A stretch of DNA of 64,000 nucleotides from an uncultured delta proteobacterium (GTDB lineage Bacteria; Myxococcota; Myxococcia; Myxococcales; Myxococcaceae): contig CAVYSY010000021.1 of assembly GCA_963771175.1 (NCBI GenBank), forward strand, positions 96,001 to 160,000, given 5' to 3'. The translations under genes and the position numbers were made by a program. Shown here piece by piece: positions 56,689 to 64,000 of the stretch. Position 1 is the first letter of the stretch. The number at the start of each line of letters is the position of its first letter. The notes beneath the pieces are model-generated. The model was not told where the DNA came from. It made no database searches and was given only the letters and a program-made list of their open reading frames with translations.

Positions 56689-57767
56689 GTGGCGCGACGC
56701 TCGATTTCCGAGGCGAGCCGGTGCCGTGTACGCCGGCCACCCTCCAACTGCTCGCCTGCGCGCCGCTGTTGGGCTCGGTGCTCGGCGCGGCGGTGGACTC
56801 GAGGCTCTTCGACCATCTGGCGGAGGGCGCGCTCGACGCCGAGGGACTGGCCACCCGCGCGGGCATCTCCGTGGACGGGGCGCGGCGTCTCCTCACGGCG
56901 CTCGTGGCGCTCGGGCTCGTCGAGCAGGAGCCGGGTCCGCGCTTCCGCAACGGTCCCCTGGCGGCTGCGGCGCTCACTTCCGGAGGGGAGGACTCACTCG
57001 TGCCGTTCCTCCTCCACCAGCGCCGTCACGTCGACTCGCTCTTCGCGCACCTGGACGAGGGCGTGCGCACGGGTCGGCCCCAGTTCGAGCACTGGCCATT
57101 CGTCGACCCCGCGCGCCGCGCCGGGGACCCGTACTCGGAGCTGGTCCAACACCCGGAGGAGTACGCGCTCCTCATGCGGGCCATGGACAGCGCGAGCCGT
57201 GGGGTAGGGCGTGTCATCGCCGAGCAGGTGGACTTCTCCGAGGTGCACCGGCTCGTGGACCTCGGGGGCGGCGGAGGACAGGTGGCCATCGAGCTGGCGC
57301 AGGCGGTGCCGCACCTGTCCATCGAGCTCGTCGACACGCCGCCCGCGCGGGCCCATGCCGCCGGGCGCATCGAGCGCGCCGGGCTCTCCGAGCGCATCCG
57401 CTGCACGACGGCGGACCTTCGCGAGGACCTGAGCGGCTCCCTCGCGCTGGCCGATGCGGTGCTCCTGTCGGGGGTGATTGGTGACTTCGTGGCGGAGGAG
57501 CGCGCCCGCGTCCTCGCGCGAGCGGTGCGCCTGCTGCGCCCGGGGGGGCTGCTGCTCGTGAGCGAGACACTGTTCCACCCCGAGCGGCGGGGCCCCCTGC
57601 TGCCCGCGCTCCTGTCGCTGTTCATGCTGCTCAGCACCGGGGGCGACAACTTCACGCCGGAGGAGATGGAAGGGATGCTCCGTACGGCGGGCCTGTCGGA
57701 CATCCGCCTCTTCTTCAACGGCGCGCGGGGCCTGCGGGACCTCGCGGTGGCTCGCCGTCCGGGCTAA
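56685..57767 (+). CDS. SAM-dependent methyltransferase (methyltransf_2 type with N-terminal dimerisation domain)
   Basis: wHTH dimerisation region (LFDHL...RLLTALVALGLV); LVDLGGGGG; LRPGGLLLVSE; ATGA overlap with the upstream gene. Confidence 0.88.
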   Translation: MSGATLDFRGEPVPCTPATLQLLACAPLLGSVLGAAVDSRLFDHLAEGALDAEGLATRAGISVDGARRLLTALVALGLVEQEPGPRFRNGPLAAAALTSGGEDSLVPFLLHQRRHVDSLFAHLDEGVRTGRPQFEHWPFVDPARRAGDPYSELVQHPEEYALLMRAMDSASRGVGRVIAEQVDFSEVHRLVDLGGGGGQVAIELAQAVPHLSIELVDTPPARAHAAGRIERAGLSERIRCTTADLREDLSGSLALADAVLLSGVIGDFVAEERARVLARAVRLLRPGGLLLVSETLFHPERRGPLLPALLSLFMLLSTGGDNFTPEEMEGMLRTAGLSDIRLFFNGARGLRDLAVARRPG

Positions 57768-57822
57768 GCCATCAGAAGCAAGTCGGTGCAGGGGGGACCG
57801 CCGGGCGCGCGCTCGCGCAACT

Positions 57823-57938
57823 GGTCCGAGGGTCGGACCCGTTCGTGAGGAGCGCGCCCGGGAGGCAGGAGGGGGTCGGCGGACAGAGGACCCTCCGGGC
57901 TCGGTTTCGAAAAACCTGTCCGACAGTCGGACAGGTTT
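57823..57938. repeat. Two palindromes sharing the core GTCCGA-N3-TCGGAC
   Basis: GGTCCGA-GGG-TCGGACC (57823-57839) and AAACCTGTCCGAC-A-GTCGGACAGGTTT (57912-57938). Confidence 0.75.
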
Positions 57939-58149
57939 CTGAAAAGTGTGGCCGGAAGGCCGGTGGGTGCCGGTCGTCGCCCCTGAAGGGACCTACTTCC
58001 GATGGCTTAGCCGGGTGGGGGGCCTGCCCGCTTGTATGAACTCCACTCGCTGAGTAACCCCGCTGCCGCAACTTGCGAAGCCGAGCATCACCTGGGGGAG
58101 GCTCTCGGGCGGCAACACGCCCCTGAGCCCCCCTGCGCCGGTCCGGGTG

Positions 58150-58587
58150 CTACTTCCCGACGCGGGCGTAGCTGCCCTTGAGGGTCACGCCCACCACGAA
58201 GGAGCCGGCGTGGCACTCGAACTCCGTGGTGCTCTTGAACTCGCTCTTCTTGTAGTAGCTGACGATGCCGACCACCGCGTTGGCGCCCTTCTTCTTCGCG
58301 GTGTCCTGCAGCGAGATGAGCACCGACAGTGCCGCCCACTTGCAGCCGAACTCGTCGGACTTGCCCAGGCTGTTGGTCTTCTTGTTGCTCACCCCCTCAC
58401 CGAGGGTCTCGACCACGGCCGGCGTCTTCGCTCCCGCGAGGTAGAACGCCACGGACTTGTCCAGCTTGCCCTTCGCCTCCGGCATCGCGAGGACGTCGGC
58501 CAGCTTGATTTTGTAGACCGTGTCGCGCGCCAGGGCCGGCGTCGCGAACGTCACGGCCAGAATGGACATGGCCATCCACTTCTTCAT
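58150..58587 (-). CDS. Small secreted protein typical of aryl-polyene cluster ends (often mislabelled 'excinuclease ATPase subunit')
   Basis: Signal peptide ALA-RDT; SNKKTN...KSDEFGCKWA, GANAVVGIVSYYK and FECHAG motifs. Confidence 0.8.
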   Translation of the reverse strand: MKKWMAMSILAVTFATPALARDTVYKIKLADVLAMPEAKGKLDKSVAFYLAGAKTPAVVETLGEGVSNKKTNSLGKSDEFGCKWAALSVLISLQDTAKKKGANAVVGIVSYYKKSEFKSTTEFECHAGSFVVGVTLKGSYARVGK

Positions 58588-58600
58588 CGTTGTCCCTCCC

Positions 58601-59839
58601 CTAGTCCCAACGGCGGAACACCAACGAGGTGTTGATTCCGCCGAAGGCGAAGTTGTTGCTCATGACGAGGTCCGTCTGGATGTTGCGACCCTCGCCGGTG
58701 ATGTAGTCCAGCGGCGCGCAGCGCGGGTCCACCGAGCCCGGCTCGAGGTGGAGCGTCGGCGCGAACCAGCCCGAGCGCATCATCTCGATGGTCATCCAGG
58801 CCTCGAGCGCACCGCAGGCGCCCAGGGTGTGCCCCAGGTAGCTCTTGAGCGAGCAGAAGGGGACCCGCTTGCCGAACACGCTGTGGGTGCCGGCCGTCTC
58901 GGCGATGTCGCCGTGCTCGGTGGCGGTGCCGTGGGCGTTCACGTAGCCGATGTCCGCGGGGGACACCCCCGCGTCCTCCAGGGCCAGCCGCATGGCGTCG
59001 GCCATGGTGGGGGCGTTGGGCTGGGTGACGTGTCGGCCGTCGTTGTTGGTGCCGTAGCCGACGACCTCCGCGTAGATGGTCGCGCCGCGCGCACGGGCGT
59101 GCTCCAGCTCCTCGAGCACGAGGGTGCACGCCCCCTCACCGAGCACCAGCCCCGTCCGAGCCGCGTGGAAGGGCCGCGGGGTGAGGTGCGGCGTGTCGTT
59201 GTTCTGGGTGCTGGTGGCGAAGAGGGTGTCGAACACCGCCGCTTCCGTCGCGTCGAGCTCCTCGGCGCCGCCGGCGAGCATCGCCACCTGGCGCCCCATC
59301 TTGATGGCCTCGTAGGCGTAGCCGATTCCCTGGCTGCCCGACGTGCACGCGCTGGAGGTGGTGATGATGCGCCCCGTGATTCCGAAGAAGACGCCGATGT
59401 TCACCGGGGCCGTGTGCGCCATCATCCGGATGTAGGTGGTGGCGGTGATTCCCTCGGTGGTTTTCTCCGTAATCATCCGGCCGAAGTCGGCCATGTTGGC
59501 GGGGGTGCCGGAGGACGAGCCGTAGGCGATGCCCATCTTCCCGCTCTTGAGCAGCGGGTCTCCCAGCAGCCCTGCCGACTGCAGGGCCAGCTCGCTGGCG
59601 CGCGTGGCCAGCAGCGCGACGCGGCCCATGCTCCGCGTGGCCTTGCGGCTGTAGGTCTGGGGGGGGAGCTCGAAGGGGGCAGCGGGCGCGCCCACCCGCG
59701 TGTTCAGGCCCTCGTACACCTTCCACGCGTCCATGGTCTGGACGGCGTTGCGAAGCGACCTCAGCCTCGCCTCCACCGTCTTCCAGTCATGGCCGAGCGG
59801 GCTGATGGCCCCGATGCCGGTGACGACAACCCTCTTCAT
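58601..59839 (-). CDS. Beta-ketoacyl-ACP synthase (ApeR/FabF-like)
   Basis: RVVVTGIG, TSSACTSG, NAHGTAT, KSYLGHTLGA and NNFAFGG motifs. Confidence 0.93.
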   Translation of the reverse strand: MKRVVVTGIGAISPLGHDWKTVEARLRSLRNAVQTMDAWKVYEGLNTRVGAPAAPFELPPQTYSRKATRSMGRVALLATRASELALQSAGLLGDPLLKSGKMGIAYGSSSGTPANMADFGRMITEKTTEGITATTYIRMMAHTAPVNIGVFFGITGRIITTSSACTSGSQGIGYAYEAIKMGRQVAMLAGGAEELDATEAAVFDTLFATSTQNNDTPHLTPRPFHAARTGLVLGEGACTLVLEELEHARARGATIYAEVVGYGTNNDGRHVTQPNAPTMADAMRLALEDAGVSPADIGYVNAHGTATEHGDIAETAGTHSVFGKRVPFCSLKSYLGHTLGACGALEAWMTIEMMRSGWFAPTLHLEPGSVDPRCAPLDYITGEGRNIQTDLVMSNNFAFGGINTSLVFRRWD

Positions 59840-60567
59840 CCGAACAATCCCCCGTTCACGGAGATGACCTGCCGAGTGATGTACGCCGCGTCCTTGCCCA
59901 TGAGGAAGCTGATCGTCGCGGCCACCTCCTCGGGCGTCCCCATGCGCCGGGCGGGAATGAGCTTGAGCGCCTCTTCCACCACGTGCGCCTCCACCATCTC
60001 CGTCTCGATGAGACCGGGGGCGACGCAGTTGACGGTGATTTCCCGGCGGGCCAGCTCGATGGCGAGCGCCTTGGTCGCGCCGATGATGCCGGCCTTCGCC
60101 GCGCTGTAGTTCACCTGCCCCCGGTTGCCCATGAGCCCGGACACGGAGGAGAGGGTGACGATGCGTCCGGGCTTGCGACGCCGGACCATCGGCATCGTGA
60201 GCGGGTTGAGCACGTTGTAGAAGGCGTCGAGGTTGGTGTGGATGACCACGTCCCAGTCCTCGGGGGGCATGGCCGGAAAGGCGTTGTCCCGGGCGATGCC
60301 CGCGTTGCACACCACCCCGTAGTAGCAGCCGTGCTCCTCGACGTCGGCAAGGAGGGCCTGCGCGGTGGCGGCCCGGTCCGCCACGTCGAACTGCAGCACG
60401 CGGCTGCCCCTGCCGAGCTCGCGCATCTGCCCGGCCACCGCCTCGGCCTCCTCGCGCCGGCTGCGGCAGTGGACGACCACGTCGTAGCCATCACGCGCCA
60501 GGCGCAGGGCGACCGCGCGACCGATGCCCCGGCTGGAGCCCGTCACCAGTACCGTGTTGTCACTCAT
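59836..60567 (-). CDS. fabG: 3-oxoacyl-ACP reductase (ApeQ/FabG-like)
   Basis: TGSSRGIG, NAGI, YSAAK and NCVAPG motifs. Confidence 0.9.
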   Translation of the reverse strand: MSDNTVLVTGSSRGIGRAVALRLARDGYDVVVHCRSRREEAEAVAGQMRELGRGSRVLQFDVADRAATAQALLADVEEHGCYYGVVCNAGIARDNAFPAMPPEDWDVVIHTNLDAFYNVLNPLTMPMVRRRKPGRIVTLSSVSGLMGNRGQVNYSAAKAGIIGATKALAIELARREITVNCVAPGLIETEMVEAHVVEEALKLIPARRMGTPEEVAATISFLMGKDAAYITRQVISVNGGLFG

Positions 60568-61007
60568 TCCCCAGCCCCGTCGGGTGGTTCGAACACCGTC
60601 AGTGCGGCGCTCGCCACCGTCTCACCCTCGATGGAGATGGTGCAAGCGAATTGCCCCATGCCGGACTCCGCCCAGAACTCCTGACGGACCTGGATGAGAA
60701 GCCGCTCGCCCGCCCTGAAGACGGGACGGCTGCACGAATAGCGGCGCGTCCCCAGCAGGAAGCCCATCTTCGGCGCTTCTCCGCGCAGCCGGGCATTCCA
60801 TCCGGCCCACGCCCCCACCGTCTGGGCCATGAACTCGATTCCGACCCAGCCCCCCACCCCCCCGTCCCGGAAGAAGAGGCAGTCCTCGCGGATGGTCACC
60901 TCGGCCACCATCCCGGAGTCGTCGGCCTCCAGGGCGCGGTCGATGAGGCGCATGGGGCCGCTGTGCGCCACCAGGTCGGCGAGCGCGTAGTCGACTGGAG
61001 TTCCCAT
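60564..61007 (-). CDS. Hot-dog-fold dehydratase (ApeP-like)
   Basis: LVAHSGPMRLID, GIEFMAQ and GFLLGTR motifs. Confidence 0.88.
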   Translation of the reverse strand: MGTPVDYALADLVAHSGPMRLIDRALEADDSGMVAEVTIREDCLFFRDGGVGGWVGIEFMAQTVGAWAGWNARLRGEAPKMGFLLGTRRYSCSRPVFRAGERLLIQVRQEFWAESGMGQFACTISIEGETVASAALTVFEPPDGAGE

Positions 61008-62200
61008 CAGGCGCGCCCCAGGAGCAGCGCGGCGTTGCTGCCGCCGAACCCGAAGGAGTTGCTCAGCGCATAGCGGGGCGGACGGCCCAGGCTGTAGTCG
61101 GCAGGCACCAGGGCCAGCGCGGGAAGCGCCGGGTCGGGCTCTCCATCCCACCAGTGGGGGGGCAGCAGCCCGGCCGGGTTGTCGGTGAGGGTCAGCCAGC
61201 AGAAGGCGGCCTCCAGTGCGCCCGCGGCCCCCAGGGTGTGCCCGGTGAGCGGCTTGGTGGAGCTGGACGGAACGTCTCCGCCGAGCAGCGCGTGCACCGC
61301 CCGGCTCTCCATCGCGTCGTTGAGGGGCGTGGCCGTCCCGTGGAGGTTGACGTAGTCGACGTCGGCCGGGGCCACGCCTCCGCGCTCCAGCGCCGCCTTC
61401 ATCGCGGCCAGCGCGCCCCGGCCGCCGGGCTCCGGCGCGGAGATGTGGTGCGCGTCGGAGGACTCACCCCAGCCGGCGAGCCGCACCGGCCCCGGCTCCC
61501 GCGTCATCAGGAAGAGGGCCGCGCCCTCGCCGATGTTGATGCCGCGGCGGTGGACGCTCATGGGGTTGCAGCGCGCCTCGCTCACCGACTCGAGCGCGGA
61601 GAACCCGGCGACGGTGAAGCGGCACAGCGAGTCGGCCCCTCCTGCGATGACCGCGTCGCAGACGCCCGCGCGCAGCAGTCGGGCGGCGCTGGCCAGCGCC
61701 TTGGCGCTGGAGGAGCAGGCGGTGGAGATGACGAGGGTCGGCCCCGCCAGGCCGAGCAGCCCACTGAGCGCCATGGCCGGTGAGCCGAGCTCCTGCTGCC
61801 GCAGGTGGAAGGAGGGGGAAAGCGCGCCGTGGGCGGCATGCTCCACCATGGCGGTCTCGCTCTCCCCGATGCCGGAGGTGCTCGTTCCCAGGACGACCCC
61901 CACCCGCTCGGGACCGAAGCGGGCGATGGCCGCATCCACCTCGGAGCGGATGTCCGCCAGCGCGGTGAGCAGCAGCGCGTTGTTGCGGCTGCGCAAGGGG
62001 CGCGCGAGCACCTCCGTGTCGGCCAGCGGCGAGGTGACCTGGCCCACGTGCAGCGTGCGAGCGGCGAAATCGTCGCTCGGGGCCACACCGCTCGGCGCGC
62101 CGGCGAACAGGGCGGCGCGGACCTGGTGCCTGCCCGCTCCCGGGGCGCACACGAGGCCCAGCGCATTGAGGAAGACCGGCCGGTTCATAGGGTCATTCAT
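61007..62200 (-). CDS. Beta-ketoacyl-ACP synthase (ApeO-like)
   Basis: SRNNALL, LGTSTSGI, ISTACSSSAK, NIGEGA, NLHGTAT and SNSFGFGG motifs. Confidence 0.92.
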   Translation of the reverse strand: MNDPMNRPVFLNALGLVCAPGAGRHQVRAALFAGAPSGVAPSDDFAARTLHVGQVTSPLADTEVLARPLRSRNNALLLTALADIRSEVDAAIARFGPERVGVVLGTSTSGIGESETAMVEHAAHGALSPSFHLRQQELGSPAMALSGLLGLAGPTLVISTACSSSAKALASAARLLRAGVCDAVIAGGADSLCRFTVAGFSALESVSEARCNPMSVHRRGINIGEGAALFLMTREPGPVRLAGWGESSDAHHISAPEPGGRGALAAMKAALERGGVAPADVDYVNLHGTATPLNDAMESRAVHALLGGDVPSSSTKPLTGHTLGAAGALEAAFCWLTLTDNPAGLLPPHWWDGEPDPALPALALVPADYSLGRPPRYALSNSFGFGGSNAALLLGRA

Positions 62201-62762
62201 CGGTGTTGCGGCGCGACTGGATGGTCAGCCGGTAGTGCTCCGCCTCATTGCGCAGCTCGGCCCCACCTTCCCAGCGGGGATGGCCATCGTAGCGCACCAC
62301 CACCTTCTTCTGTCCTGCGTAGAGGAGCGCTCGGCTGCCCGGCGAGTCCTCCAGGGTCCAGCCGGGGGGCAGGGCGGCCCGGACACCCTCGGCGGGCCAG
62401 TAGACGAGCTGGATGTCCCGGAGCACCCGGGCCGCCTGGAGCTGGGGGGGGACGAAGGGCGCCCGCTGCTCCTCGAGGCGCTGGCCGTCCCAGAGGAGGG
62501 TGAAGACGCGCTGGCCGAGCGTGAACCCGGCCAGCCGCAGCTGCTCGGCATCGACTTCCAGCAGGGCCTCGAGCGAGCGGGCCCCACCGGCATCCCGGGC
62601 GTGCTCGAACGTCAGCTGCTGCGTGAGGCTCACCGGCTGCCCGAGCCCGGCCGGGGGCAGCCGGAGCTCGGGCAGGGCCTCCGCCTGCGCCGCGGGTCGC
62701 GTCGGACGTGCGGCGCAGGCGGTCAGGGCCAGCAGGGCAGCGGCGGCAATCAGGCGGCGCAC
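62193..62762 (-). CDS. DUF3261-like lipoprotein (ApeN-like)
   Basis: Lipobox LALTAC; QQLTFEH and RVLRDIQLVYWP motifs; overlaps both neighbours. Confidence 0.8.
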   Translation of the reverse strand: MRRLIAAAALLALTACAARPTRPAAQAEALPELRLPPAGLGQPVSLTQQLTFEHARDAGGARSLEALLEVDAEQLRLAGFTLGQRVFTLLWDGQRLEEQRAPFVPPQLQAARVLRDIQLVYWPAEGVRAALPPGWTLEDSPGSRALLYAGQKKVVVRYDGHPRWEGGAELRNEAEHYRLTIQSRRNTDE

Positions 62763-63976
62763 AGCTCTCCGAGCACCTTGAGCCGGCGGCTCTCCGCCAC
62801 GAAGGGGTTGGCCTTGTCCCAGGCGTAGCCCGCGAGGATGGCGGAAATCATCCGGCGGACCTCCGGCGACTGGTTGGGGTGGAAGAGAATCCGCTGGAAC
62901 TCGCCCGTGTACCAGGACTCGACGAAGGCGCGGAACGTGTTGACGCCCTCCTTGAGGGGCTGCGCGTAGTCGCGCTCCCAGTCCACCGCCTCGCCGGCAC
63001 GGCTGCGCTCGAGCGCGGCCACCGCCAGACTGGCCGACTTGAAGGCGATGGTCACGCCCGAGGAGAAGACCGGGTCGAGGAACTCGCCGGCGTTTCCGAG
63101 CAGCGCGAAGCCCCGGCCCCACAGCGACTTCACGTTGGCGGAATAGCCGGTGAGCTTGCGCGCCGGGGTGTCCCACACCGCGTCCTTCAGGAGGGTGGCG
63201 AGTGCGGGCGCCTCGTTGACGATGGTCCGCAGCCGCTCGAGGTCCGTGCCCTGGTACTGCTCGAGGAACTCCCGCCTGGCCACCACGCCCAGCGAGCAAC
63301 GGCCGTTGGAGAAGGGGATGGTCCAGTACCACACGTCCACGTGCTCGGGGTGCACCGAGATGAGAATCTTGTTCCGGTCGAAGATGCCGGGCGCCACCCG
63401 GTCCTCGATGTGGGTGAAGATGGCGCCGCGCACGGGGAAGTTGGACGGCGTCTCCAGTGCGAGCAGCCGCGGCAGGACGCGGCCGAACCCGCTGGCGTCG
63501 AGCAGGAAGTTGGCCTCCACGCCGTAGGTCTCCCCCTCGGGGGAGCGCACCGTCACCCGGGGCTTGTCCCCCTCGAGGTCCACGGCGGTGACCTCGTGCC
63601 GGAAGCGGAGGGTGGCGCCCATCCGCTCGGCGGCCTTGGCGAGGACGTGGTCGAACGTGGCGCGCTCCACCTGGTAGGTGGTGCCCCAGCCCGGCGAGAA
63701 CTTCTCCCGGAAGTCGAACTGCGTGTACGTGCTGCCGCGGGCGAAGGCCGCGCCGTTCTTGAACTGGAAGCCCGCCTCCACCACGTCACGGAGCATGCCC
63801 GCCGCCTCGATGTACTCCATGCTCTGCGGCAGCAGGCTCTCGCCGATGGAGAAGCGCGGGAACTGCTCCTTCTCCAGCATGAGCACCTCGCGCCCGTGCT
63901 TGCGCAGCAGGCCTGCCGCCACCGAGCCAGCGGGGCCCGCGCCGATGACGAGAACATCGGTCCTTTCAGTCTTCAT
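62750..63976 (-). CDS. FAD-dependent oxidoreductase, flavin halogenase-like
   Basis: GAGPAG, FPRFSIGES, GFQFKNGA (Lys), WYWTIP and GNAGEFLDPVFSSG motifs. Confidence 0.88.
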   Translation of the reverse strand: MKTERTDVLVIGAGPAGSVAAGLLRKHGREVLMLEKEQFPRFSIGESLLPQSMEYIEAAGMLRDVVEAGFQFKNGAAFARGSTYTQFDFREKFSPGWGTTYQVERATFDHVLAKAAERMGATLRFRHEVTAVDLEGDKPRVTVRSPEGETYGVEANFLLDASGFGRVLPRLLALETPSNFPVRGAIFTHIEDRVAPGIFDRNKILISVHPEHVDVWYWTIPFSNGRCSLGVVARREFLEQYQGTDLERLRTIVNEAPALATLLKDAVWDTPARKLTGYSANVKSLWGRGFALLGNAGEFLDPVFSSGVTIAFKSASLAVAALERSRAGEAVDWERDYAQPLKEGVNTFRAFVESWYTGEFQRILFHPNQSPEVRRMISAILAGYAWDKANPFVAESRRLKVLGELCAA

Positions 63977-64000
63977 GTTCTTTCCTGGTGAGGAAGGGGT

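Noticed and set aside
58150..58587. DNA-repair 'excinuclease' function
   Set aside because: The protein has a signal peptide, no Walker motifs and only 145 aa. The label is a propagated misannotation for this family.

Overview
Very GC-rich bacterial chromosome segment that reads as myxobacterial (Myxococcaceae/Archangiaceae-like). This rests on the multi-domain Ser/Thr kinases, a RodK/RokA-like signalling locus and the GC3-biased codons. About 51 genes can be supported. Positions 1-53.5 kb are mostly core or semi-core: ohr, amidohydrolase, secreted phytochelatin-synthase-like protein, rhomboid, rnz, a TetR-RND-TolC operon, csp, desaturase, hppA, atoE-like transporter, kinases, RapA, an ABC exporter and dnaJ. 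Many genes carry clustered single-base indels that look like long-read consensus errors. The right end is an accessory biosynthetic region. It holds a compact, translationally coupled operon encoding a DMATS-type prenyltransferase fused to a heme-oxygenase-like diiron enzyme, a kynureninase-like PLP enzyme and a SAM methyltransferase. This operon converges on the 3' end of an aryl-polyene/xanthomonadin-type cluster and is the best candidate for an undescribed system. Other highlights are a pentaheme lipoprotein cytochrome upstream of a FIST/NosP + hybrid kinase cluster, and a Ser/Thr kinase with an intact-looking MshEN (c-di-GMP) module and receiver-like domains. No rRNA, tRNA, CRISPR array or transposase was seen. 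All family calls come from motif recognition by eye, not from database searches.
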